Assembly: GCF_006345805.1 (NCBI RefSeq)
Contig: NC_043001.1
Coordinates: forward strand, 37,324,001-37,388,000
Reading direction: 5' to 3'
DNA: 64,000 nucleotides
DNA from: Octopus sinensis
Taxonomy: Eukaryota
This document shows positions 1 through 12,846 of this stretch, in pieces (the first letter of the stretch is position 1; every line of letters starts with the position of its first letter). The notes under the pieces are model-generated. The model saw only the letters and a list, made by a program, of their open reading frames with translations. It did no database searches and was not told the DNA's origin. Both the position numbers and the translations under genes were made by a program.

Positions 1-2331
1 ACCTTCCCAGGCGAAGAATGTACCCCACAACATAGACTGGTAGTTAGTGACTTTAGGATCAGGAGTAGGAGGACAACCAGAAGACGACCAACATGGAGAA
101 GAAGGACCTGGAAGCTTAAGGATCCTGTGAATGGACAGAGATTTAGAGACATGTTACTTGAAGCCTTTGACGAAGTAGAAGGGGATAGAGTATCACATGG
201 GGTAGAGGACAACTGGACGTTTCTAAGGGACAACCTGCTGAGAGCCACTGACCAGATCTGTGGTTGGTGCAAAGTCCCCTCTCGTCCCAAGGTAACGTGG
301 TGGTGGAACAGTGTCGTAGACAGGGCTATTAGAGAAAAGAGACAGACTTGGAAGCACTGGAAGAATGGTGGTAGCAGGGAATTGTATCAGACTGCTAAAA
401 GGGAAGCTAGGAGACAGGTCTATCTAGCCAGAGGGGAAGCAGATAAGAAAAAATTTGCCAATGTTCTGCGCCATGAGGACCAAAGACTGGAGGTGTTTCG
501 CGTTGCAAGACAGTGTGTGAGAGAAGTGTGTTCGCATGGAAGATGGTTCACTTGCGCTAAACGAGGATGCAAAGAGAGAGGCTTGGAGACACCACTATGA
601 AAGGTTGCTGAATAAAGAAAATGAATGGGATAAAGAGAGTCTGCCGAACGTTGACCCAACAGAGGGACCAGCTATCAGGGTTGATAGTTCCTTGGTAGCT
701 AAGGCAATTAGAAGCATGAAGACAGGGAAAGCCCCAGGCCCATCAGGTATCACTGCGGAGATGCTCAAAATATCTGGTAGTGTCGGCTATAGCCTAGTCA
801 CCTGTATAGTTAATCAGGTGATACATGAAGGAGTCATACCCAATGACTGGTGTAGCAGCATAATAGTCAACTGCTACAAAGGTAAAGGTGATGCCCTAGA
901 TACAAATAATTACAGAGGTATCAAGCTGTTGGATCAGGTGATGAAGGTTACAGAGAGGGTCATAAGCCAACTAATTAGAGAGAGAGTTAGTTTAGATGAG
1001 ATGCAGTTTGGTTTCGTGCCAGGGAAAAGTACCACTGATGCTATATTCCTGGTAAGGCAGCTGCAGGAGAAATACCTAGCCAAAGATAAGCCCCTGTACC
1101 TGGCTTTTGTTGACATGGAGAAAGCCTTCGACAGGGTCCCCCGATCCCTCATATGGTGGTCAATGAGGAACTAGGAATAGATGAATGGTTAGTGAGAGCT
1201 GTGCAAGCTATGTACAGGGACGCTGCTAGTAAGGTGAGGGTTGGCAATGAGTACAGTGAAGAATTCCGGGTAGAGGTAGGGGTCCACCAAGGCTCAGTCC
1301 TCAGCCCCCTCCTATTTATCATAGTCCTCCAGGCAATAACGGAGGAATTCAAGACAGGATGCCCCTGGGAGCTCCTCTATGCTGATGACCTTGCTCTAAT
1401 TGCTGAGTCATTATCAGAACTGGAGAAGAAGTTTCAGGTGTGGAATCATGGTTTAGAATCGAAGGGCCTTAGAGTCAACCTAGCTAAAACCAAAGTTGTA
1501 ATAAGTAGGAAGGTAGACAAATCAGAAATGCCTTCAGGTAGATGGCCCTGCTCAATCTGTAGAAAAGGTGTAGGTAGAAACTCTGTAAGATGTAAGTGTA
1601 AGCTATGGACACATAAGAGGTGCAGCAATGTCATAGGAAGGCTAACTAGGAAGATGGTTTTTGTATGTGGCAGATGCTCGGGAGCATTAACCTCTGAAAA
1701 TCTGCAGAAAACAACTTCCGTCACTTTCCAGGGGGAAAAACTAGAAGTAGTTGATAGCTTCCGTTATCTTGGTGACCAAGTCAGTAGTGGGGGTGGGTGT
1801 GCTGAAAGTGTAACGGCTAGAGTAAGAATAGCCTGGGCAAAGTTTAGGGAGCTCTTACCTCTGTTGGTGACTAAAGGCCTCTCGCTCAGAGTAAAAGGCA
1901 GACTGTATGATGCATGTGTACGAACAGCCATGCTACATGGCAGTGAAACATGGGCCGTGACTGCTGAGGACATGCGTAAGCTCGCGAGAAATGAAGCTAG
2001 TATGCTCCGTTGGATGTGTAATGTCAGTGTTCATAGTCGACAGAGTGTAAGTACCTTGAGAGAAAAGTTGGACCTAAGAGGCATCAGATGTTGTGTGCAA
2101 GAGAGACGATTGCGCTGGTATGGTCATGTGGCGAGAATGGATGAAGATAGGGGTGTGAAAAAGTGCCACACCCTGGCAGTTGAGGGGACCTGTGGAAGAG
2201 GTAGACCCAGGAAAACCTGGGTCGAGGTGGTGAAGCACGACCTTCGAACACTAGGTCTCACCAAGGAAATGACCAGAGACCGAGACCTATGGAAGTATGC
2301 TGTGCGTGAGAAGACCCGGCAAGACCAGTGA
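1..2331 (+). pseudogene. RTE ORF2 (RT plus PHD finger), frameshifted
   Basis: Relative to the other copy: ~23-bp deletion near 525 between AGAGAA microhomologies, and a 1-bp deletion in an A run near 1168. Stop at 2329-2331. Confidence 0.9.
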
Positions 2332-2378
2332 GAACAATCAAAATCAAATCATATATCAGAAAGCAGGGGTTAAGTGAC

Positions 2379-3048
2379 CCATCCGTTCGTGTCCGCTGTC
2401 AGCCTCGTCTGGCACCCGTGCCGGTGATACGTAAAAGCACCATTCGCTCGTGGCCGTTTGCCAGCCCTGCCTGGCCCCCGTGTCGGTGGCACATAAAAGC
2501 ACCATCCGTTCGTGTTCGTTGCCAGCCTCGCCTGGCCCCGTGCCGGTGACACGTAAAAGCACCGTCCGTTCGTGGCCGTTTGCCAGCTCTGTCTGGCCCC
2601 GTGTCAGTGGCACGTAAAAGCACCATCCGTTCGTGTCCGTTGCCAGCCTCGGCTGGCCCCCGTGCCGGTGACACGTAAAAGCACCATCCGTTCGTGGCCG
2701 TTTGCCAGCTCTGTCTGGCAACCGTGTCGGTGGCACGTAAAAGCACCATCCGTTCGCGTCCGTTGCCAGCCTCGGCTGGCCCCTGTGCCGGTGACACGTA
2801 AAAGCACCGTCCGTTCGTGGCCGTTTGCCAGCTCTGTCTGGCCCCATGTCGGTGGCACGTAAAAGCACCATCCGTTCGTGTTCGTTGTCAGCCTCGGCTG
2901 GCCCCCGTGCCGGTGACACATAAAAGCACCGTCTGTTCGTGGCCGTTTGCCAGCTCTGTCTGGCCCCGTGTCGGTGGCACGTAAAAGCACCATCCGTTCG
3001 TGGCCGTTCGCCAGCTCTGTCTGGCACCTGTGCAGGTGGCACGTAAAA
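2379..3048 (+). repeat. Tandem array of eleven ~60-62-bp units in the RTE 3'UTR, alternating A/B (dimer period ~121-123 bp)
   Basis: Unit A gcaccatccgttcgtgtccgttgccagcctcggctggcccc(c)gtgccggtgacacgtaaaa; unit B gcacc(a/g)tccgttcgtggccgtttgccagctctgtctggccccgtgtcggtggcacgtaaaa. Confidence 0.92.
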
Positions 3049-3482
3049 ATCACCCACTACACTCGCGGAGTGGTTGGCGTTAGGAAGGGCATCCAGCCGT
3101 AGAAACACTGCCAGATCTGACTGGGCCTGACGAAGCCTTCCAGCTTCACAGACCCCAGTTGACCCGTCCAACCCATGCTAGCATGGAAAGCGGACACTAA
3201 ATGATGATGATGATGATGATGACAACTGTTCTGGCCTCAAATAACATTTTTCTGTTTGTACGAGTTTACCAGGGTACTCCACCCAATAATTTGTATTTTT
3301 CATTTGTTTTGTTAGGAGGAAGGGACTATGCCCACAACCTTTGTAGACTCTCCGAGGGTGGTCAGATACATGTGATTAACGTTCCTCTTGAATAGTTGCA
3401 ATCTCATGGCTACAGGAAGAATGTGCTGAGTGGGGAATTCTAGAGAGCCAACATTCAGAAGAAAGGACAGGATATATTGGCT

Positions 3483-3802
3483 TCTGTGCCGGTGGCACAT
3501 AAAAAAGCACCATCCGAACGTGTCCGATGCCAGCGCCACCTTGGCTGGCTTCCGTGCCGGTGGCACGTTAAAAGCACCAACCGATCGTGGCCGATGCCAG
3601 ACACCCCCTGGCACCTGTGCAGGTGGCACGTAAAAAGCACCCACTACACTCATGGAGTGGTTGGCGTTAGGAAGGGCATCCAGCTGTAGAACACTGCCAG
3701 ATCAGACTGGAGCCTGGTGCAGCCCTGGCTTCCCAGACCCCGGTCGAACCGTCCAACCCGTGCTAGCGCGGAAAATGGATGTTAAACGATGATGATGATG
3801 AT
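3483..3802 (+). mobile_element. Orphan RTE 3' end (2-3 array units, terminal module, (GAT)n)
   Basis: Same cacccactacactc...ggcgttaggaagggcatccagc...gttaaacgatgatg module as the full elements. Confidence 0.9.
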
Positions 3803-4230
3803 AAGGGGCCTGAGCAAGTGGGAAGACAATATGAGTGATGAGAGGAGAATAGAGAAGTCAGGAAAGCTTGATTGGAGGTGGGCACAAACCCACTGTAACA
3901 GTGATAAAAAAAATGAAAGTGAATTAAGATTTTACATATGCAAGAGGTAGGCTCAAAAGGTGAACATATTGCTGTACAGGTTTATAGAGAGAGGCTTCAT
4001 GGTTCATGGCTAGTAGTTATTTAAATCAGAGCTTAGTTTCTACCCTCTCAAAGCATCAAGAACACCTAGATAGAAAACCCACTGTTCCAGCTGCAACCAC
4101 AAGGCAGGTATATTTCACGGTAAAATAACAACACAGGTGACAGACTGGAGAGAAATCAATAAAAATTAATGCGTGTAATTATAAAATGTATCAAAGGTAG
4201 TGAAAAATATGGAAAGGATGGGTATAATAC

Positions 4231-4390
4231 CTTCAGCAGATTTGTTGTACTTTTGGTTACCTACAGGAACAGTTTTACAGGTGTATAATTGGTGCAGAAT
4301 GGCAGGTGATAGAAGCAATAGGTCATCTCGGGTAATATTATAGTCAATGGAGAAGTTGTACAGAAGGAGGAGACTGCTGGAATTCATGCA
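4231..4390 (-). CDS. Second coding exon of the ZIP transporter (PAL-motif-containing domain)
   Basis: Acceptor tatttatttgcag|TGC. Encodes CMNSSSLLLLYNFSIDYNITRDDLLLLSPAILHQLYTC...KSAE with the LIV-1 (C/S)PA(L/I)L motif and both flanking Cys. Ends GAA G|gtatta (phase 1), matching my recollection of the vertebrate SLC39A14 exon that ends just before VWGYG. Confidence 0.8.
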
Positions 4391-6561
4391 CTGCAAATAA
4401 ATAGGTAAACAAGTGTGTTTATGACATATATGTATATATTTTGTTTACTGTGCTCATGCCTCATATAATGTAGTTGATTATATCAATCTCAGTACTAATT
4501 CAACTGATACTTATTTTTAGCAAGCTTGAAGAGATGAAATCAAAATGAACATAAAATTTAAATACGGAAAGAACTGGACATAGTCAAATACCAGGCACCT
4601 ACAAATCTTTCTATCTAGCATTGGTGTCAAGTGTTACTGATTCCAACTGTTGCATAGCACCTTGGCCAAGCTTCCTTTTACACATGACACTGAAATTGAC
4701 TGTAGGGAAACTCTGTGAAAGCTTGTTGGACGGTCTGAGATTTATGGAACTAGTCACATCATACTTTCTGTAATACTGATTGTCTGAATACAAGTGTGTA
4801 TGTAATACACACACATTATATATATATATATGTATGTATATGTGCATATTCATATCTATTATATGAAAGTCAATGTCTTTATGTGTGTTTGTGTGTTACT
4901 TATACATTCGAAAACTATGCACCGATCATAATGAAATTTGGAACACAAAATCAAAGCCTTGGGAGAAGGGTAATGCTGTGTAGTTCATACAATTGCATGG
5001 ACCAAAATTACTGAATGGATCCTTATGATATTTGAAACTTAGATTCAATGCATAAGGGCAGGTATAATGCAATATGTTTGGTTTGAATTTCAGATGGCTT
5101 AAAGGGGGCAGAACCCCCATGAAAATTCATAAATTTTTGATGTTGATGAAATTTCAACCATGGGTAATTGACACACATCAAGAAGTATTCTCAAAGTTTC
5201 CACTTCACATGAGGATTCTAAGACACCCTAATGGGGGCCTTAACTCCCAAATTTTAGTCATTTATTTTATGATCCAAAACTAGGTCAAAAGTACTGAATG
5301 GATCTTTAGGAAATTTGGAAATTATATTCTATGCATAACCCCTATGACAATTCGTATATTTTTGCTGTGATGAAATTTTAAACCATAGATATTACACACA
5401 AATAAAGTAAGATCTATAAAATTTCATCTTCTTACAAGTTAGAAAGACCCCTTCATGGGGACCTAACACCCACAATTTAGTCATTTTATCTAAGCAATGA
5501 TGAATTCAGTTGTACTCTTGGAAGCTGTAGGGTCACCCGAGCATAAAAGATGAGCATTATTTGTAATTCAATGGTACAATAGTGTAAGAGTTTGCTTTGA
5601 GATATACTTAGATTGTGATTTCTGCAATGTGCTGCATAAATTGTCAAATAAATGAGAGGCATCTTTGCTTCCACTGATTCAGTTGCAAAGTGTTCTATAA
5701 AGTTATTTGGTTGCAGACCTCCTTTCAGTCTTTTTATTATCACTGGGTCACACATAGTCCCCAGATGGTAACATTGATTTCAAGGCCTTCCCAAATGAGT
5801 GACTGGTTAGTCAAAGTCATTTAGAGATTGTAAATTTATTCTGTCCAGTTATGTATCAGTATATTGGTCATTTGCAAACTCCAGAGGTGACACTTTCATT
5901 TCTCCTTAGCCCTCATGTCACACAGTTGTTGATGTTTATTTCAGTTGGGTCACACCCTTCCAATTGCTATAGATTCGTAATGCATCTTACGGCTGTGTCT
6001 GTCACCTGGATGGTGAGGAATCCTACATTGGGAGTGGTAACGACTAGGGTAGGGTAGCTGACTGCTTATTGTCATCATTCGTCTTTTGGTTTCCTGTAGC
6101 TTTGCTCTCTTTTACAAACCCAGTGAACATATGTTTCCTATTTCAAAGAAATTCAAGCAATAGATATAAAACCCAAGTTAAAAAGATTCTCGACAATTCA
6201 ACTTCTCTGGTTGACATTAAGACGCCCACCTCCAATAGGGGCCTTAACTCTCGTATTTTAGAGCTCCATGACCTCCATTTTTCAGGAGCAAAATCCTTTT
6301 AACAGGTTCTATAACACTGGAATTTTGGAATATGCGCATAAAAATCAGTAGTATGGGATACATGTGGCACGATTACAATTTTTTTTAGGGTGTGTACAGA
6401 GGGAAAGAACCCTCATCTGCAATTTTGATGAAATTCTAAACATAGGTATTCCAGTTCATTACAGAAAATATAACAGAAAAGTCTAATTCTTCAATTACAT
6501 GTGTGTATGATTGCATGTGTGTAATATCTATAGTTTAATATTATTAATTGATATTCTTTTA

Positions 6562-6865
6562 TTTCTTTTACTTGTTTCAGTCAAGTGACTGCCACCATGC
6601 TGGAGCATCACATTTTAGTCAAGCAAATCGGCCCTAGGACTTTTTTTAAAGCCTGGTGGGATACAAACACACCAGCACCGGTTGTCAAGCAGTGAGGGGG
6701 GGGGGGGGGAGAACGACAAACACAGATACACACACACATATATAACAGGCTTCTTTCAGTTTCCATCCACCAAATCCACTCACAAGGCTATAGTAGAAAA
6801 CACTTGCTCAAGGAGCCATACAGAGGGACTGGACCCAGAACCATGTGGTTGGGATGCAAGCTTCT
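6562..6865 (-). mobile_element. Older partial copy of the same SINE
   Basis: Shared cttgtttcagtca...catgctggagca and ttctttcagtttcc segments. Confidence 0.75.
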
Positions 6866-7854
6866 TACCACACAAAAATGGAGGGAAGTAACTAGGGCTT
6901 TTTCTTTCATTCAAGATAAATTTTCCAAATCACTCGTATATTTTTGATACATCTGATGCAATAAATTCTGCTATCCAAGAACTTGAAAGCTTCCACACAG
7001 TTTCCAACTATAAAATTTCATTCACAAGTCAATCCAAGGCTATGACAGAAGAAACTTATCTAAGGTAGTCATACCTACACCTAGTGACATTCATTTAAAA
7101 CAATCACATAATATCAAGACACAAACATATAAAAAATGACCCCCTTTGGTCAGGAATGCCCATGGAATTACACTGAGAAAGTTACCCTCTGAGGCACAAA
7201 TCCAAGTGAGGTTGTTTATGGAAGACCAGCAATTGCCCATGCATACCAGCCTCCCCTCTCCATGCTACTGATGTTATCCAAAGGAAAGGCAGTGTGCAAT
7301 ATAGCTTGGCACCAGTGACATTGCAACTCATTTTTACAGCGCAGTGAACTGGAGCAACTGAAATAAAGTGTCTTGCTCAAGAACACAACACACAACCCAA
7401 TCCAGGAATCAAACTCACTACCTCATACATATACCACAAACATATGCACACACAAATAATAACAGGATTCTTTAAGATTCTGTCAACTAAATCTACTCAC
7501 AAGGCATTGGTCAACCCAGGGCTATAGTAGAAGATACTTGCCCAAGGTACCACACAGTGAGGCTGGGACTGAAACTATGTGGTTGGGAAGCAAACTTCTT
7601 ACCACACAGCCACGTCTGAGCCTATGATGCATATTAAATTCTGGCTTATTAACTAGATATGGTGACCTACTAGACAGAAAGCCAATCTATCACAAGTAAA
7701 ATTTCTTGATTACTTAGTACATATTCTTGACTGAAAAGTGAACAAGGGCATAGAGAATTAAATGCAATACTCAAATACATATCAAATTACTTTCAGTAGA
7801 TTTGAACTTAAGATTATATCTATAGATAAGCTGATAAGTCTAATATTGTAGCAA

Positions 7855-8164
7855 TACTCTTTACTCTTTTACTCGTTTCAGTCATTTGACTGTGGCCATG
7901 CTGGAGCACTGCCTTTAGTCGAGCAAATCGACCCCAGCATCGGTTGTCAAGCAATGCTAGGGTGACAAACACACACACGCATATATATATATATACATAT
8001 ATACGACGGGCTTCTTTCAGTTTCCGTCTACCAAATCTACTCAAGGCTTTGGTCGGCTCGAGGCTATAGTAGAAGACACTTACCCAAGGTGCCACGCAGT
8101 GGGACTGAACCCAGAACCATGTGGTTGGTAAACAAGCTACTTACCACACAGCCACTCCTGCGCC
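7855..8164 (-). mobile_element. tRNA-derived CORE-type SINE (octopus OR-like family)
   Basis: Reverse complement of the ggcgcaggagtggctgtgtggtaag...gggttcagtccc head, gcaccttgggtaagtg core and (AAGAGTA)n tail. Confidence 0.85.
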
Positions 8165-9121
8165 AATAAATGCTTTTTTTTTTCTTTTTTTTTTACTATG
8201 ACATTTATTTAGTTTGGTGAAACATGAGATTCCATGAGCCCTTTTATTTGTTTCACAAGTTTAACTTCTTCAAAATCAAAAGGATCACAAGAAAGAGAGA
8301 GAGATGTATGAAAAAAACATACACACACACACATACACACAACATAAGTTTGGGGAAAATTTAGCTCTCCAATCACCACCACCTCCACCAACAGCCAACA
8401 GAAAGAACATGACACAAGTTTATGCATATATGTACAAGGGTATGTGCAAATGTGTATATAAGAAAAAGAGAAAATTAAATCACGTACATGTACGCAAGTA
8501 TAAACAAACATATCTGAGTTTTCCAGATACCATTACTGCATAACATCATGTGGGGGGGAAATATTCTTTACTACTAACAAATACAAATTATACAAACTTC
8601 AATAACGAAGCCTGAAACAAGCAGCTCTATACACATAAATTACCCTAAAGGAATTTTAGTAATATCTCTCTGGTGGACTGAAAAAATTTCTGACATTACA
8701 AGATCTTTTGATGTTCAACACCAAATTCGTCAAGCTTTAACATAAATCCCAAGCAAACAAGTTTCTCAAGATATGAGGACATCATACTTGTACAATTTCT
8801 ATGTTGTTGACACTTAAAAAGAGCAAGTGTTAAGATTGTTGTATTTTAGCCAAAATTACATGCACACACACGCACTAAAATATACTGAAAATCTTACTCG
8901 TGACAAAGATATTGATTTCCAACATGGATCCAAGGGCTCACATTTAGAAGTAAGGTTAAAGTGGATTATATTGACCTGGAAGAATGAAAAGTAAATCTGA
9001 TCTTGATAGGGACTGAAAATGAGAATGTAGAGTGTAAGTGAGGGTGTGTGGAATATGCATGTTCAAGTGGGGTTCCACTCCCTCCCACATGGCCCATGCA
9101 ACCCAGGAATTGTTGATAATC

Positions 9122-9435
9122 CGTGCTGGTGGCACATAAAAAGCGCCATCCGATCGTGGCCGTTGCCAGCCTCATCTGGTCTCCGTGCCCATGGCACGTA
9201 AAAAGCACCATCCGATCGTGGCCGTTTGGCAGCTTCATCTGGCACCTGTGCCGGTGGCACGTAAAAAGCACCCACTACACTCACGGAGTGGTTGGCATTA
9301 GGAAGGGCATCCAGCTGTAGAAACACTGCCAGATCAGACTGGGCCTGGTGCAGCCTTCTGGCTTCTCAGACCCCAGTTGAACTGTCCAACCCATGCTAGC
9401 ATGGAAAGCGGACGTTAAACGATGATGATGATGAT
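9122..9435 (+). mobile_element. Orphan RTE 3' end
   Basis: 2-3 array units, terminal module with CCATGCTAGCATGG, (GAT)n tail. Confidence 0.9.
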
Positions 9436-11049
9436 TCATTATCATGTGACATCCAACATGTGCCCCCCCAATGACTTTGACTGCTGTATCTAGAGTACGT
9501 CCAAGGATGCCTGATCAGTGGCTCCACAGGGCCAAAGATTCATTGTCATGGACATAGTTGGAAGGAGCAAGATACCCCACCTGATCCTGGCATCCACTCA
9601 CTTCTATAGAGGCATTAATATCGTCATTTGAGTCAAGGGCAGTTTTGCTGACGAGCTTGTTTTCTTGATGTATCTAGCTAAATGTGTAACCTGTTATTTT
9701 CTGGAAGCACATTGTTTTTATGTCTGATATCATATATTTTAATTATGTTTTGTTGTTTTCAGTTTAGGCAGGAAATTGACAGAATTATTAGAGTGTCAGA
9801 CAGAATGCTATGCAGGATTTGTTCCAACTATCAGTAGTCTGAGTTCAGATCCTGCAGAGGATCTGAACTCTTCACCCTTCTTCTGTCTTTCACCCTTTGA
9901 AGATGGAAATAGAAAAAATTCCAAATCAGGGTGGTGGATTGGTGGAACCATGAAAACATCAGACAGGATGTTTTGCAGTGTTTGTTCCAGTACTTTGTGT
10001 TCTGACTTCAGATCTCATCAAGGCCAACATGAGTGGTAAACTTGACCTGTCAGCTTAACATCACTATCTGGCATCTAAGGTGCTTTTAGCCTAGTCCATT
10101 CTGTTGCAAGTATTCAGGCCTGCCTTCAAGTTAGAGGATATCTTCCTCCCTCCCACCTGTCTTAGAGGACCAGTAAGTGTCATGGACACTGCCTGCCCTC
10201 CTTTCTAAAACATGAGGATAAAAATGTTGCCTGGCACACTGTATATACACATAAATATACAAATAGACACATATTTGTTACCCAAAATAGATAAAAAAAA
10301 AAAAAAAAAAGGAAAAAACAGCTGAACGTTAAATATTCATTTGCTTCTATCTGAATTTTTACTTATAAGAGAAAGTCTCTATATGTTTGCTTTCCTCAGA
10401 TCATACCCTAGCATTTTGGAAAAGAAAAGGATACAGGGGACAACGTAGACCTACATACACTTAAAAAGGATGGTATGATCATAACTGGAATGCCTTTAAT
10501 CATAGGTTTGCTTGATCAGAACTAACCAGGGAGTTGAGGGATAAATAACAATTTGTTAATAAGTAATTCACTTGAAGCAATACATTTTGTAAAGAAGCCA
10601 AGAAAATCTATATTCTTTCATTGTAGGCCAAAATTTCCAAACACGCACACACACAGACACACAGAGATTTTCTAGCAAGCTGTGAAGAAGATGATTGTTC
10701 GAAAGACCTTGGTTATTATTAACACAATAACAATGTTTTTAGTAACTTGTATTACTTCAGCTTGACAGTACATCCTCCAGAGAAGATACATGTAACTTCA
10801 TGATTTTTATTTACACACACAAAACTCCTCCTCTCTCTGCCTCCCCCTTCTCTCTATTTGAGAGATTAATTAATGGTTCATCTACCAAGTAAGAGGCAAG
10901 TAATGAGAAAATAAGCAACAAATACTACGTACAATATTGCTGTTGCTGTTGTGATGGGGGAAAATGAAAAATAATTAGATATGTCAGATGGTTGATACTT
11001 CTCATTTTAAATTTTGTACTATTGCAAAAGAGAAATTCTGCCTTACTTT

Positions 11050-11648
11050 GTTTTACTTGATGTGTAATGTAAGTGTACATGTTCGACAGAGTGCTGGTGC
11101 TTTGAGAGAAAAGTCAGGTGTAAGAGGAATTAGATGCAGTGCACTAGAGACAAGACTGCACTGGTTTGGTCATGTAATGCAGATGGATGCCAACAGCTCC
11201 ATAAAGTGTTGACCTCTCAAAGCGGATGGAACAGATGGAAGAGGGAGACACAAGAAGATGAGGGACAAAGTACTGAAAGACGACTTCAGGATACTGGACC
11301 TTTCACACAAGATGACAAAGGACCAAAATACCTAGCGCTTTGCTGTATTCAAAAAAACCTGTCTGTTACAGCAGAAGTGTTAAGACCACTCCTCCTAGTG
11401 AAGAGGATTGACCTGCAAGAGGCAAGTGCTGGTGCCATGCAAAAAGCACTCATGCCAGTATCACATAAAAATACTTGTGCAGTGCCACGTTAAAAGCACC
11501 CAGCACACACTGTAAAGTGGTTGGCATTAGGAAGGGCATCCAGCTGTAAAAACCGGGTCAAATCAGATTGAAACCTGGTGCAACTCTGGTCAAACCATCC
11601 AACCCATGCGGGTATGGAAAACAGATGTTAATGGATGGTGACGATGAT
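11050..11648 (+). mobile_element. Older 5'-truncated RTE (C-terminal coding region plus 3' end)
   Basis: MCNVSVHVRQS...RLHWFGHV peptide and a degenerate terminal module. Confidence 0.85.
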
Positions 11649-12634
11649 TTGCAGCCCATTTAATTGGAGGAGGCCAGAAAGATAGTTCAAATAAATGAAA
11701 ACCCCAGAAGAAATGAGCATATATTAGAAACAACTATTTGAAATAAGCAACAAGACTGCTGATGTGACAATAATAACGATGGTTTTTTTTTTTACCCAAA
11801 CACAAGGCCATAAAATTCAATTAACTTTAGAATATGACAATTACTTCACTGACAAGCAGACTGTGTAGTATATGCTTCATTGGTGTGGCATGAGTTTTTA
11901 AGATATGTTGGAAAACAGCAAGATATTTAGAAACCCTCGAATGTTTTGAAGGCCCTGGACTGGTGCAGAGGTTCATTTGCAGCAAAGTACAAGGCATGTG
12001 TTTTTGTTTAAAATAATTTTTCTTTTTTTTTTTCATAATAAATTTTTTAGAAAGTGGATGGAGTGCTGTAACTCATTTACCATAATATTTTGTATACTAT
12101 GGATCAAAAAAGGTGGAAAATTGAACTAGAAAAGAGGAAGGCTTGACTTCAGTGGGGTTTCAACCTAGAATCTATGAAAATAAAATGAAATATTAGATAT
12201 TTAGTTTCACTGTTGTCAATCCTCTCAATTCACCATTTCTAACAGAGACAGAATGTTAGAAACTGGTGGAGAAGTACAAGGGATGGTTGATTAATCAAAT
12301 CACACCACTTGACTTATTGACCCACCAAATGGATGAAACATGAAACTTCAGTGAGATTTGAACTCAGAATCTGAAGTACCAAAACAAATACAGCAAGAAA
12401 CTTTTTTCAACACTATAACAATATTGTCAACCCACCACACAATAATAAGAATTCTTTCTATTATAGGTAAGAAGCCTGGAATTTGTGGTGAAAGGGCTAG
12501 TCAAGCGTATCAAGCCCAGTGTTTGACTGGTATGTATTTTATTGATTTCGAAAGGATGAAAGCCAAAGATGACCGCAGAATATAAAGACAAATAAAATGC
12601 TGCTAAGAAATTTTTCTGGCCTGCTAATGATTCT

Positions 12635-12846
12635 TATTTCTTTATTGCCCACAAGGGGCTAAACATAGAGGGGACAAACAAAGGTATTAAGTCGATTACA
12701 TCGACCCCAGTGCATAACTGGAACTTAATTTATCAACCCCGAAAGAATGAAAGGCAAAGTCGAATTTGAACTCAGAACATAACGGCAGACGAAATACCAC
12801 TAAGCATTTCGCCCGGCGTGCTAACAATTCTGCCAGCTCGCCTCCT
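12635..12846 (-). mobile_element. Same SINE family
   Basis: ttattgcccacaaggggctaaacatagaggggacaaac tail and gccagctcgcc head. Confidence 0.88.

Larger units (their letters stand above)
1..3222 (+). mobile_element. RTE-clade LINE, 5' part outside the window; disrupted ORF2, 3'UTR tandem array and (ATG)n tail; antisense in ZIP intron 2
   Basis: RT motifs KAPGPSG, NYRGIKLL, QFGFVPG, KAFDRVP, GVHQGSVLSPLLF and YADD spread over ORFs 127-600, 536-1174 and 1153-2331. About 90% similar by eye to the copy at 59713-62804. Confidence 0.95.

Noticed and set aside
2379-3048. CRISPR-like repeat array
   Set aside because: Units are contiguous with no unique spacers, there are no cas genes, the context is eukaryotic, and the array is part of an RTE 3'UTR.
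2356-3171. 271-aa repetitive ORF, plus similar ORFs over the arrays at 38716-39372 and 62865-63445
   Set aside because: Open frames arise in several phases and on both strands from GC-rich tandem units lacking stops; no domain is recognisable.
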